DNA of 64,000 bases from Alphaproteobacteria bacterium. GTDB lineage: Bacteria > Pseudomonadota > Alphaproteobacteria > SP197. Below are positions 19,914 through 29,858 of the stretch, in pieces. The notes beneath the pieces were generated by a model. The model was not told where the DNA came from, did not search any database, and saw only the letters and a list, made by a program, of their open reading frames with translations. The stretch's first letter is position 1. Each line of letters starts with the position of its first letter. The position numbers and the translations under genes were made by a program. The stretch lies in contig OZ245842.1 of the NCBI GenBank assembly GCA_965228895.1, positions 2,368,001 to 2,432,000 of the forward strand, written 5' to 3'.

Positions 19914-21494
19914 CTAGAGCGGCAAGGCTTGCGGCCGGCGGCGGCGCAGCCACAAAACGGCGAACAGGCGGGTCACCATGATCGCGGTAAACAGCGATGT
20001 CAGGATCCCGATTGCCAGGGTCACGCCGAAACCTTTGATTGGTCCGTCACCCAAGGTGTACAGCAAGGCCGCGGCAATAAACGTGGTGACGTTGGCGTCG
20101 ATAATCGTCGTCAGCGCCCGCTTGTACCCCGCATCCACGGCGTTGAACGGCGTACGTCCGTTGGCGACCTCCTCGCGTATTCGCTCGAAGATCAAGACGT
20201 TGGCGTCGACCGCCATGCCGATGGTCAAGACGATACCGGCAATGCCGGGCAGCGTCAGCGTCGCCTGCAGCGTCGAGAGCGCGCCGCCGATCAGGATGAT
20301 ATTCGCGATCAGCGCGATGTTGGCGAAGATCCCGAAAAGACCATAGCTCAGAACCATGAAGACGATGACGGCGACGAGGCCGATGACCGCGGCCATTTCG
20401 CCGGCGCGCACCTGATCAGCGCCCATGTTCGGACCCACCGTGCGTTCTTCCAGGATCAGCAACGGCGCCGGCAGAGCGCCGGCACGCAGCAGCACGGAAA
20501 GGTCGTTGGTCTGTTCGGGCGAAAAGTTGCCGGTGATGATGCCGGCACCCTGGCAAATCGGGCTGTTGATGCGCGGCGCACTGATGACCTTGTCGTCCAG
20601 CACGATCGCCATGGGCAGGCCGACATTGTCGGTCGTCGTTTCGCAGAACCGCCGGCCGCCGGCACTATCAAAGCGGAAGGAGACCACCGGGCGGCCTTGC
20701 TCGAACGACGGTTGCGCGTCGGTCAGGTGTTCGCCACTGACCATGACCCGCTTGCGTACGACGTAGTACTGGATCGGAACGCCAGCCTCTATCTGGTCAT
20801 CGGTCCGATGCTCTTCCAAAAGCTCGGAGCCCGCCGGAATGTCGCCGGCGAGCGCTTGGCTCAGTGGTGTCTCGTTATCAACCATCCGGAAGGTCAGTTT
20901 GGCAACCGTGTCGGGATCAATAATGCTGGAATCACTGATGCCGGGCAGCTGAATGATGATCCGGTCGAGCCCCTGACGTTGAATGGTCGGCTCGCTAACA
21001 CCGAATTCGTTGAGGCGGTTCCCCAGGATCTCGATGGCCTGCTGCGTGGCATTGCTGATGCGCTGATTGATGCCCTGCTCTGTCAACGCAACCGAAATGG
21101 TGCCGTCATCGTCGAAACTGACCTGGATGGTTTCGTCACGATTTTGTAATGCCAGCCGGGCCGCCTCAAGATCGGCCGCGTCGCGCAGCATCATGACCAA
21201 CTGCTGATTGTTCCAACCCTGTGACCGCACACCGATGCGTTCGTCGCGCAGGATCGCGCGAAAGTCGTCCTCGACCGTCTCCATCCATTCGTCGAGAATC
21301 GCCTCACTCTCGACCTCCAGGAGAACGTAGGAACCACCTCGCAGGTCAAGGCCCAGGCTGATCTGCTTATGAGGCAGCCAGTCGGGCAGTCCGTCCAGGC
21401 TGTCTTTGGGCAGCAGGTTGGGCAGCGCAAAGAGTATGCCGAGCGCACAAACGGCGACGACGACGGCAATCTTCCAGGCGGGGAAGTGGAGCAT
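19914..21494 (-). CDS. secD: Protein translocase subunit SecD
   Basis: LGLDLRGG, LRAGALPA, GMAVDANVLIFERIRE. Confidence 0.97.
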   Translation of the reverse strand: MLHFPAWKIAVVVAVCALGILFALPNLLPKDSLDGLPDWLPHKQISLGLDLRGGSYVLLEVESEAILDEWMETVEDDFRAILRDERIGVRSQGWNNQQLVMMLRDAADLEAARLALQNRDETIQVSFDDDGTISVALTEQGINQRISNATQQAIEILGNRLNEFGVSEPTIQRQGLDRIIIQLPGISDSSIIDPDTVAKLTFRMVDNETPLSQALAGDIPAGSELLEEHRTDDQIEAGVPIQYYVVRKRVMVSGEHLTDAQPSFEQGRPVVSFRFDSAGGRRFCETTTDNVGLPMAIVLDDKVISAPRINSPICQGAGIITGNFSPEQTNDLSVLLRAGALPAPLLILEERTVGPNMGADQVRAGEMAAVIGLVAVIVFMVLSYGLFGIFANIALIANIILIGGALSTLQATLTLPGIAGIVLTIGMAVDANVLIFERIREEVANGRTPFNAVDAGYKRALTTIIDANVTTFIAAALLYTLGDGPIKGFGVTLAIGILTSLFTAIMVTRLFAVLWLRRRRPQALPL

Positions 21495-21503
21495 CGAGGC
21501 CCG

Positions 21504-21881
21504 TTACTCGTCCTTCTTGTCTTTGTCTTTTTCGGCCTTGTCGTCACCCTGATCGTCATCCCGCGTCTCGGTGCGCTGATAGACATCCGCGACCATGGAC
21601 TGCCGGCATTTGACCTTGACGTTGGGCGCAATCTCGACCAGCAGCACGCCGTCGCCCTCGATGCGCGCAATCCGGCCAATTAGACCGCCTTGGGTTACGA
21701 TCTGGTCGCCGCGCTTCAACGCGCTCAGCATCGCCCTGTGATCCTTGGCGCGCTTTTGCTGCGGCCGGATCACGAAGAACCAAAACACGCCGAACATGGC
21801 CACCATCATGAAGATGAAGACCGGGTCGAATCCGCCGGCGCCGCCGCCGGCTGCCTGTGCGTATGCCGGTGAAATCAGCAT
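21504..21881 (-). CDS. yajC: Preprotein translocase subunit YajC
   Basis: MLISPAYAQ, IRPQQKRAK, GDQIVTQGGLIG. Confidence 0.96.
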   Translation of the reverse strand: MLISPAYAQAAGGGAGGFDPVFIFMMVAMFGVFWFFVIRPQQKRAKDHRAMLSALKRGDQIVTQGGLIGRIARIEGDGVLLVEIAPNVKVKCRQSMVADVYQRTETRDDDQGDDKAEKDKDKKDE

Positions 21882-22060
21882 GCGTTTCTCCTGTCGGAAA
21901 GGGACGGCGGACTATAGCCACACGCGGCCCCAATGCAAGCGGCGCGACGGCCACAGGCTGGGTAGAAATTCGGCCTGCGGGCCTTCACCTTCGGTGATCA
22001 AATGGCCGGAGTGACCGACACGGCTGGCGGGTGCTGGGGTGCCCCGCCCCAGAGAAAGGG

Positions 22061-22102
22061 ACGGCGTTGAGCGGTTCTGCCGTTCCGCTCAACGCCGTTT
22101 TA
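22061..22102. terminator. 14-bp hairpin downstream of the LuxR-type regulator
   Basis: ACGGCGTTGAGCGG-N10-CCGCTCAACGCCGT followed by TTT. Confidence 0.65.
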
Positions 22103-22131
22103 CGCGCTCGACCCCCTAAGGGAGGACTTCG

Positions 22132-22800
22132 TTAGGCGGCGATCTGATTGTTGATCGCCCAAATGGCGGCCTGGGTGCGGTTTTGCACGGCCGTCTTCTT
22201 CAAGATGTGCTTGATGTGCACCTTCACGGTCGCCTCGGCGACGTTGAGCTGGTTGGCGATGACCTTGTTCGCCTCGCCTGCCGCCAGATGGCGCAGAATT
22301 TCGGTCTCACGGTCCGACAGATCGACACCGTCCACCGAACGGCCAATCTGATCGCCCGAGCCGCGGGTACCCGCCTGCTCGATGACCATGGGAATCAGGC
22401 CAGAGGAAAACACGCGCTCGCCGGTGAGGACCAGTTTCAGCGAGGCGAGCAGCGCCTGGGGTGACACATCCTTCAAAAGATAGCCATCGACACCGGCGCC
22501 GAAATAATCGCCGAGCACCTTGCGATCGAGGTCATCGACCAGAACCACGAGCTTCATGTCCGGCTTATCCTTGCGCATCTGTTCCATTTTGGCATGTATC
22601 TCGTTGTCCCGATTTGGAGCATTCACGATCAACATGCTGGGTTCTTCAGGACCGTAGTCGCCGTCGGCAAACTCCGCCAGTGAGGCAATCTGGCCGATCA
22701 CCTGGAAGCTGGAATTGTCGAACAGGCGGATCATGCCCTCCCGCGAAAGGCGGTTAGGGTCAACGATTACAACGGTTGCGTTCGTTTCGATGGAGCTCAT
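22132..22800 (-). CDS. NarL/LuxR-family response regulator with atypical receiver (FlcA-like)
   Basis: GYLLKD receiver motif; LSDRETEIL...NKVIA...ATVKVH HTH. Confidence 0.88.
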   Translation of the reverse strand: MSSIETNATVVIVDPNRLSREGMIRLFDNSSFQVIGQIASLAEFADGDYGPEEPSMLIVNAPNRDNEIHAKMEQMRKDKPDMKLVVLVDDLDRKVLGDYFGAGVDGYLLKDVSPQALLASLKLVLTGERVFSSGLIPMVIEQAGTRGSGDQIGRSVDGVDLSDRETEILRHLAAGEANKVIANQLNVAEATVKVHIKHILKKTAVQNRTQAAIWAINNQIAA

Positions 22801-23079
22801 GTTATCTACCCCTGGTCCTGAAGCCTGAAACCTTCACCCGTTTACCCAGCCGGTACTCGGCTGAGGTGGGCGACACATTCGGAATAGCTAGAAGCAGGTA
22901 TCGTGCCAGTCTGACGACGTACCCCGTTGGATGCTGCAATTGGTGCGAGTCCCCTGGGGATAAGCCCAAAATGGCCGCACTATGATACCGATGGTGATGG
23001 TGCGGGTTCCCGACACCCGTTGAGATAGCGGGCCCGGACTGCTAGATGCATCGGCATCAGTGTATCGAAGGAGGACTCC

Positions 23080-24288
23080 ATGCCCGGACCCTTGGACGGA
23101 ATTCGTGTCGTCGACGTGACCGCGATGGTCTCAGGCCCCTATGCGACCATGATGCTGGCCGATCAGGGTGCGGACGTCATCAAGGTGGAGAACCCGGCCG
23201 GAGGCGATCATACCCGCGAGTCCTCAAACCTGCGCAATGGCTTTTCTGCCTCGTTCCTGAACAACAACCGTAACAAACGCTCCGTCGCCCTGAACCTTAA
23301 GGACTCCCGCGGCATCGACGCGCTGATGCGCCTGGTCGCCGACGCCGACGTCTTTGTCCAAAACTTCCGTCCCGGCGTCGTCGACCGCATGGGTATCGGT
23401 GAAGCGGCCTTGCGCGCCGTTCGTCCCGATCTGGTTTATGTCTCCATCAGCGGTTTCGGACCGAACGGTCCTTATGCCCACAAGCCGGTATACGATCCCC
23501 TGGTCCAGGCACTTTCCGGTCTGGCGACGGTCCAGGCCGGATCCGACGAAGAACGTCCGCGCCTGGTTCGCACCATCCTGCCCGACAAGCTGACCGGCGT
23601 TACGGCAGCGCAGGCAATCACGGCGGCGCTGCTTGCCCGCGAGCGCAGCGGGCACGGGCAGCATGTCGAGGTCTCGATGCTGGCAAGCGTCGTCTCCTTC
23701 CTGTGGGGTTCCGACATGGGCAGTCAGACCTTCGTTGGCGGCGAACTGCCGCAACAGGAGGCAGCCAGTTTCATCGACCTGATCTATCAGACGGCGGATG
23801 GTCACATCAGCGCAGCCGTTCAGTCGAACAAGGAATGGCTTGCGCTGACCAAGGCGCTTGAGCGTCCTGAATGGCTGGACGACCCGCGCTTCCTGACGCC
23901 CGCGCTGCGCCAGGACAACATCAACGACCGTTTGGCGCTGACCCAGGAGGTGCTGATCACCGACACGTCCGCCCACTGGCTCGGCCGGCTTGAAGCTGAA
24001 GGTGTACCGTGCGCTCCGGTGCTGACCCGCACCGAAGTCATCGATCACCCGCAGATCGTCGCCCAGGAGATTGTCGATGAAATCGACCATCCGATAGCCG
24101 GCAGGTTGCGTCAATCGCGGCCCCCGGCGCGTTTCTCCAAGACGGCGACAGAGCACCGTCATGGCGGACCTGATCTAGGCCAACACGGCGACGACGTGAT
24201 GGCGGAGATCGGCTACAGCGCCGACGAGATTGCGGCCCTGCGCCGTGATGGCGTGCTCGGCCAACCGTCTAACCAGGCGGCCGCATGA
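23080..24288 (+). CDS. CaiB/BaiF family (class III) CoA-transferase
   Basis: PLDGIRVVD, GADVIKVE, NRNKRS, QNFRPG, PVYD. Confidence 0.92.
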   Translation: MPGPLDGIRVVDVTAMVSGPYATMMLADQGADVIKVENPAGGDHTRESSNLRNGFSASFLNNNRNKRSVALNLKDSRGIDALMRLVADADVFVQNFRPGVVDRMGIGEAALRAVRPDLVYVSISGFGPNGPYAHKPVYDPLVQALSGLATVQAGSDEERPRLVRTILPDKLTGVTAAQAITAALLARERSGHGQHVEVSMLASVVSFLWGSDMGSQTFVGGELPQQEAASFIDLIYQTADGHISAAVQSNKEWLALTKALERPEWLDDPRFLTPALRQDNINDRLALTQEVLITDTSAHWLGRLEAEGVPCAPVLTRTEVIDHPQIVAQEIVDEIDHPIAGRLRQSRPPARFSKTATEHRHGGPDLGQHGDDVMAEIGYSADEIAALRRDGVLGQPSNQAAA

Positions 24289-24995
24289 TCGATTTCTACT
24301 ACTGGCCGACACCCAACGGCTGGAAGGTCTCGATCATGCTGGAGGAGTGCGCGCTTCCCTACCGCATGATCCCGATCAACATCGGCAAGGGCGACCAGTT
24401 TGCACCCGAGTTCCTGGCGATCAGTCCCAACAACCGCATGCCGGCGATCGTCGATCATGACGACCCCGACGGGCCCCTGCCGATTTTTGAGTCCGGTCCC
24501 ATTTTGATGCATCTGGCGGAGAAGACCGGACGTTTCATGCCGACTGATCGGCGCGGCCAAAAGGAACTGCGCGAATGGCTGTTCTGGCAGGTCGGCAATT
24601 TGGGTCCGATGGCCGGGCAGCACAGTCACTTCTTCAACTACGCACCCGATGACGAACTCTATGGTCAGAAACGTTACGCCGACGAATACCACCGCTGCAT
24701 CGGCGTGCTGGAACGCCGTCTGGAGGGCCGTGATTACATTCTCGGCGACTATTCGATTGCCGACATGGCGAGCTTTCCCTGGATTCTGATCGCCAAGGCC
24801 ATGGGCCAGCCGCTTGACGAGTTCCCCAACGTCATCCGCTGGCGCCAGGCGATCAAAGAGCGCCCGGCGGTCAGACGCGGGGTCGACCTGGGCAAAGACC
24901 AGCGCCGCAACGAGCCGCCGAGTGATGAGGAGCGCGAGATCCTGTTCAACCAGCGCGCCCAACCGGCTGCAGCGGACGGCGGGAACGGGCGTTGA
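24285..24995 (+). CDS. Glutathione S-transferase, YfcG/YghU-like disulfide oxidoreductase
   Basis: WPTPNGWK, SPNNRMPAI, IFESG. Confidence 0.9.
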   Translation: MIDFYYWPTPNGWKVSIMLEECALPYRMIPINIGKGDQFAPEFLAISPNNRMPAIVDHDDPDGPLPIFESGPILMHLAEKTGRFMPTDRRGQKELREWLFWQVGNLGPMAGQHSHFFNYAPDDELYGQKRYADEYHRCIGVLERRLEGRDYILGDYSIADMASFPWILIAKAMGQPLDEFPNVIRWRQAIKERPAVRRGVDLGKDQRRNEPPSDEEREILFNQRAQPAAADGGNGR

Positions 24996-25846
24996 GCGAT
25001 TCCGACAAGCTCGCGCTTCTGGCGCGAATCGCCGATGCGCTTGATCGTCTGGCGCCTCCGCCGCCCGGTGAGATCGATCTCAAACAGGCCGACGCTTTCG
25101 TGTGGGACGCCGAGAGCGCGGACCTGAAGCCGGTCGCCAAGGTCAACGCCGTACCTTTGCAACTGCTCAAGGGCATCGATCTGGTGCGCGACATCCTGCA
25201 CGGCAATACCAGTCGGTTCGCGCGCGGCCTCAGCGCCAACAATGCCTTGTTGTGGGGCGCGCGCGGCATGGGTAAGTCCAGCCTGATCAAGGCTGTCCAC
25301 GCGGCGGTCAACGCCGACAATCCAGGTTCCCTCGCGCTGATCGAAATCCATCGCGAGGATATAGCCGGCCTGCCCCGCCTTCTCGACCGCCTTCGCGCGA
25401 CGGATCGGCGCGCCATCCTGTTCTGTGACGATCTGTCGTTTGAAACCGACGACACGACCTTCAAGTCGTTGAAAGCGGTTCTGGAAGGCGGCATCGAAGG
25501 CCGGCCGGACAACGTGATTTTCTATGCCACGTCGAACCGCCGCCATCTAATGCCCCGCGACATGATGGAGAACGAACGCTCGACGGCGATCAATCCGGCC
25601 GAGGTGATCGAGGAAAAGGTCTCCCTATCGGATCGCTTTGGCCTTTGGCTCGGCTTCCACGGCTGCGACCAGGACACCTATCTCACGATGGTGAAGGGCT
25701 ATGTTGATCACTTCGGCCTGACGATCGACGACGAGGCCTTGAAGGCCGAGGCATTGGAATGGTCGACGACACGGGGCGCACGATCGGGCCGCGTCGCCTG
25801 GCAATTCGTCCAGGACCTTGCCGGACGTTTGGATGACCAGACCTAG
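24992..25846 (+). CDS. AAA+ ATP-binding protein (DUF815 family)
   Basis: GARGMGKS, FCDDLSF, ATSNRRHL, LSDRFGL, RSGRVA; TTG start. Confidence 0.92.
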   Translation: MSDSDKLALLARIADALDRLAPPPPGEIDLKQADAFVWDAESADLKPVAKVNAVPLQLLKGIDLVRDILHGNTSRFARGLSANNALLWGARGMGKSSLIKAVHAAVNADNPGSLALIEIHREDIAGLPRLLDRLRATDRRAILFCDDLSFETDDTTFKSLKAVLEGGIEGRPDNVIFYATSNRRHLMPRDMMENERSTAINPAEVIEEKVSLSDRFGLWLGFHGCDQDTYLTMVKGYVDHFGLTIDDEALKAEALEWSTTRGARSGRVAWQFVQDLAGRLDDQT

Positions 25847-27111
25847 AGAGGCTCCAGGTAGAGCATTGGATCGACCGCCTCCGAGCCCTTCCTGATCTCG
25901 AAGTGGGTCTGCGGCCCGCCGACACCGCCAGTGGTCCCGACGCTCGCGATGACCTGGCCGCGTATCACCCGCTGACCGCGCGCGACCCGGACATCCGCGT
26001 TGTGGGCGTAGGCGGTGACCCAGCCGTCGCCATGGCGCAGCAGCACGAGATTGCCGTAACCGTCCAGTTCGTCGCCGACATAGGCGACAACGCCGTCCTC
26101 GGCGGCGAAGACCGGCGTTCCGGCCGGTGCGCTGATGTTGATGCCGTCGTTATGCAGGCCGTTGTCCTTGGGCCCGAAAGACGACAGAACCGGTCCGGTC
26201 ACCGGCCAGGAAAACTTGCCGCCCGTGCGCGCGGGGATTTCCGCAACGTTGACCGGACCGGCGGTAACCGCCGGCGCCACGGGTTTCGGTTGCGGCAATG
26301 GCACGCCGGCCACGGTAAAGGGTGCCGGCGGCGGCTCGGGCGGCGGCGCTTCGACCACGACCGTGGTTTCCTCAGGCGCGACGCTCGGTGTCGTCGGGGT
26401 TGTTGGTGTTGTCGGCGCCGGAACCGAACCGTCACCGGCCGGCAACACCAGACGCTGACCGACAAAAAGTTGATAGGGCTGATTCAAACCGTTGGTGCGG
26501 ACCAGTTCACTGGTGGTGATGCCGTAGAGGCGCGAGATGCCGTAGATCGACTCACCGCCGCGCACCACATGGGTACGCTGTGCCGGCAGTCGCACGGTCT
26601 GACCGATCAACAGATGGTATGGCGGCACAAGATTGTTGGCCTGGATGATGTCGCGCACCGCGATGCCGTAGCGGCGTGACAGCGCATAGACCGTATCGCC
26701 CGCCTCGACCTTGACATCCTGACCTTCCGGCATGGACGGCGGCGCCAGCACGAGCTCCTCATCGACAAAGACGGCCTGCGGCTCGGGCTCCACGATCACC
26801 TCGACAGGCGGCGCCGGTTCGGGTTCGGCGATGATCACAACGGTGCTCGGCTCGCTGCCGGGTTTGTAGGCGGGTAATGGCGGCGCCGAGGCACCCGCAA
26901 TCGTGGTGCCCGGTTTCGGCTGCGGTAGTGGCACTGCCGGTTCGGCGGCCGCACTGGGCGTAGCAGGAGCGGATGTGCCGAACGCCGATTCGACATAGGG
27001 CACGGGCGGCGGACCCTGATTACAGGCCGCCAGCGCCACACAAGCCAGCAGAAGGACCAATCCCCGCCGAATCATCTGCCCTGAGCTCCCGTCACTCGCG
27101 CGGTCGTTCAT
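25843..27111 (-). CDS. nlpD: LysM/M23 peptidase lipoprotein (NlpD/DipM-like)
   Basis: Lipobox LAAC, two LysM domains, degenerate M23 (HNDGINI, YAH, HFEIR); start 27111 or 27075. Confidence 0.85.
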   Translation of the reverse strand: MNDRASDGSSGQMIRRGLVLLLACVALAACNQGPPPVPYVESAFGTSAPATPSAAAEPAVPLPQPKPGTTIAGASAPPLPAYKPGSEPSTVVIIAEPEPAPPVEVIVEPEPQAVFVDEELVLAPPSMPEGQDVKVEAGDTVYALSRRYGIAVRDIIQANNLVPPYHLLIGQTVRLPAQRTHVVRGGESIYGISRLYGITTSELVRTNGLNQPYQLFVGQRLVLPAGDGSVPAPTTPTTPTTPSVAPEETTVVVEAPPPEPPPAPFTVAGVPLPQPKPVAPAVTAGPVNVAEIPARTGGKFSWPVTGPVLSSFGPKDNGLHNDGINISAPAGTPVFAAEDGVVAYVGDELDGYGNLVLLRHGDGWVTAYAHNADVRVARGQRVIRGQVIASVGTTGGVGGPQTHFEIRKGSEAVDPMLYLEPL

Positions 27112-27742
27112 CCCCACGCCCTTCGACCAACGGCACAAAACGTACATCCATGAATGCTTCCGTGGCGATGGTATCGCCTGTGCGTCGGATCACCATAAGG
27201 CGCTGATCCCATGTATCCTGCCCAATTGGTACAATCATAAGGCCATCGTCCTTGAGCTGGGCGACCAGGTCTTCCGGCACGGCGGTGGCCGCTGCGGTGA
27301 CGATAATGCGATCAAACGGTGCTTGTTCGGGCCAACCCTTGGCACCATCGCCCCAGCGGGTCGTTATGTTGTCGAGCCCGAGCTGCTTGAACTTCCCCTC
27401 CGCAAGACGCAGCAGATCGCGGTGGCGTTCGATCGTGTAGACCCTGCGGCACATCAGCGCCAGGATCGCCGCCTGATAACCGGACCCGGTGCCGACCTCC
27501 AGGACACGCATGCGATCGCCGATCTCCAGACGCTGGGTCATCATGGCGACAACGATCGGCTGGCTGATCGTCTGCCCCATCCCGATCGGCAGCGCGGTGT
27601 TTTCGTAGGCTTGGTCCTGCATGCCATCGGCCACGAACAGATCGCGCGGCGTGCGTTCGATCGCGCTCAGGACGCGGGCGTCCGTGATGCCTTGGCTACG
27701 CAGCTCCATCAGGAGCCGGATCTTGCGCGTCTCCGCGATCAT
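27092..27742 (-). CDS. pcm: Protein-L-isoaspartate O-methyltransferase
   Basis: GQTISQP, VLEVGTGSGY, PFDRIIVTAA, VRFVPLV; ATGA overlap with surE. Confidence 0.95.
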   Translation of the reverse strand: MIAETRKIRLLMELRSQGITDARVLSAIERTPRDLFVADGMQDQAYENTALPIGMGQTISQPIVVAMMTQRLEIGDRMRVLEVGTGSGYQAAILALMCRRVYTIERHRDLLRLAEGKFKQLGLDNITTRWGDGAKGWPEQAPFDRIIVTAAATAVPEDLVAQLKDDGLMIVPIGQDTWDQRLMVIRRTGDTIATEAFMDVRFVPLVEGRGDERPRE

Positions 27743-28491
27743 GCAAATCGGGCCGTCAGGCTCTCCATGGTTCGGTTGTCCGTCATGTCGAGGCTGATCG
27801 GCGTGACGGCGACCCGCGCCTCTGCCAGCGCGCGCAGATCTGTCCCAGCCTCGGTCGACTCCAGATCCAGGCCCCATCCGGCCATCCAGTAGTAGTCGTA
27901 GCCAAACGGATCGGCGCGCTTGACCGGCTTCTGCTTGGAGAAGTCGTGCTGACCCTGGCGGCAAACCGAGACGCCCGCCACGTCGCCCGGTTCGACCGCC
28001 GGGAAGTTCACGTTGATCAAGACGCCCTCCGGCCAACCGACATCGAGCATGCGGCGTATGACATCCGGCCCGTGGGATCGCGCGGTGTCCCAGTGCAGGA
28101 AGCGGTCGCGGTAGTCCTGGCTGAACGCCATGGCCGGCACGCCCAGAAGCGTCGCTTCCATGGCCGCGGCCACCGTGCCTGAATAGGTCACGTCATCGGC
28201 GACGTTGCTGCCCCGGTTGACGCCCGACAGGACGAGGTCAGCCGGTCGGTCGAGCACGTGGCGCAAACCCATCATGACGCAATCGCCGGGTGTTCCGTCG
28301 ACAGCGAAGCGCCGCTCGCTCAACTTTCGCAGCCGCACCGGCGTGCGCAGCGACACCGCATGGCCTCTGCCGCTCTGCTCTGTCTCCGGCGCGACAACCC
28401 AGACATCGTCGCTCAACTCGCCGGCAATCGTCTCCAGGCAAGAAAGTCCCGGCGCGTTGATGCCATCGTCGTTGCTGATCAGGATACGCAT
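27739..28491 (-). CDS. surE: 5'/3'-nucleotidase SurE
   Basis: MRILISNDDG, SGVNRGSN, YSGTVAAA. Confidence 0.97.
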   Translation of the reverse strand: MRILISNDDGINAPGLSCLETIAGELSDDVWVVAPETEQSGRGHAVSLRTPVRLRKLSERRFAVDGTPGDCVMMGLRHVLDRPADLVLSGVNRGSNVADDVTYSGTVAAAMEATLLGVPAMAFSQDYRDRFLHWDTARSHGPDVIRRMLDVGWPEGVLINVNFPAVEPGDVAGVSVCRQGQHDFSKQKPVKRADPFGYDYYWMAGWGLDLESTEAGTDLRALAEARVAVTPISLDMTDNRTMESLTARFA

Positions 28492-28496
28492 GCTGG

Positions 28497-29774
28497 TCAG
28501 GCGACCTTCTCGATGCGCTCGCGGCCCGCCATATAGGGCCGCAGCACTTCGGGGATCGTCACCGAGCCGTCCTCCTCCTGATAGTTTTCCAGGATGGCGA
28601 TCAGGGCGCGGCCGACCGCGACGCCCGAGCCGTTCAGCGTGTGGACGAAACGGGTTCGTTTCTCGCCCTCCGGCCGGTACCGCGCCATCATGCGCCGCGC
28701 TTGGAAATCACCGCAGTTGGAGCAACTGGAGATCTCCCGATAGGCCTGCTGGCCCGGCAGCCAGACTTCCAGGTCAAAAGTCTTGCGCGCGGAAAACCCG
28801 ATATCGCCGGTCGCCAGCACGACGACGCGGTAAGGCAGTCCCAGCCGCTGAAGAATCTCTTCCGCGCAGTTCGTCATGCGCTCGTGTTCAGCTTCGGACT
28901 GATCGGGCGCGGTGATACTGACCAGCTCGACCTTCCAGAACTGATGCTGACGGATCATGCCGCGTGTGTCCTTGCCGGCCGCGCCGGCTTCGGACCGGAA
29001 GCATGGGGTAAAGGCGGTGTAGCGGAACGGCAGCGCCGGCTCGTCGACAATCTTCTCGCGGACCATGTTGGTCAACGTCATCTCCGACGTCGGGATCAGG
29101 TAGCGGTCATCCGTTGTCTTGAACAGGTCGTCTTCGAACTTCGGCAGATTGCCGGTGCCATAGGCAACTTCCGGGCGCACCAGAAGCGGCGTCGACGCCT
29201 CGCGATAGCCGAACTCCTGCGTATGGACGTCGAGCATGTAGAGCGCCAACGCCTTTTCCAGGCGTGCGAGTTGGTCGGTCAGCACAACGAAGCGGGAGCC
29301 CGCCAGTTCCGCTGCCGTCTCGAAGTCCATCTGCCCGAGCGCCTCGCCGATCTCGTCGTGCTGTTTGGGCGAGAATGCGAAGTTGCGCGGCTCGCCCCAG
29401 CGGCGGATTTCGACATTGTCGCTCTCATCGTCGCCGATGGGCGCGTCGGCATCCGGAATGTTGGGAATGCCAGCCAACAACGTCTCGAGCGCGTCGGCCG
29501 ATGCGCGCTCGTCGTCCTCAGCGGTCTTCATGGCGTCCTTCAGCGAACCGACTTCCGCGATCGCCTCGCTGGCATCGGCGCCGGACGACTTGGCCTGGCC
29601 AATCTGCTTCGACAACTCGTTGCGCCGCTGCTGGATATCCTGAAGCGACGTCTTGGCCGCGCGTACTTGGCGGTCAAGATCGAGAATCTGCGCAGCCAGC
29701 GGGTCAAGGCCCCGCGCCGCGCAGCCCTTGTCAAAGGCCTCCGGGTTGTCCCGGATCCAGGCAATGTCGTGCAT
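28497..29774 (-). CDS. serS: Serine--tRNA ligase
   Basis: [27 protein letters not shown]. Confidence 0.98.
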   Translation of the reverse strand: MHDIAWIRDNPEAFDKGCAARGLDPLAAQILDLDRQVRAAKTSLQDIQQRRNELSKQIGQAKSSGADASEAIAEVGSLKDAMKTAEDDERASADALETLLAGIPNIPDADAPIGDDESDNVEIRRWGEPRNFAFSPKQHDEIGEALGQMDFETAAELAGSRFVVLTDQLARLEKALALYMLDVHTQEFGYREASTPLLVRPEVAYGTGNLPKFEDDLFKTTDDRYLIPTSEMTLTNMVREKIVDEPALPFRYTAFTPCFRSEAGAAGKDTRGMIRQHQFWKVELVSITAPDQSEAEHERMTNCAEEILQRLGLPYRVVVLATGDIGFSARKTFDLEVWLPGQQAYREISSCSNCGDFQARRMMARYRPEGEKRTRFVHTLNGSGVAVGRALIAILENYQEEDGSVTIPEVLRPYMAGRERIEKVA

Positions 29775-29858
29775 CTTTCCGACCCGTGATTGAAACGGCG
29801 CCCTGTATAGGGCCCCTGCACGCCGGGGTCCACAAACTGTGCGCTCCGGTTCTATCGG

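Noticed and set aside
26385-26420. PTT-PTT-PTT repeat in NlpD
   Set aside because: Ordinary Pro/Thr-rich linker with non-identical codons; not a contingency repeat
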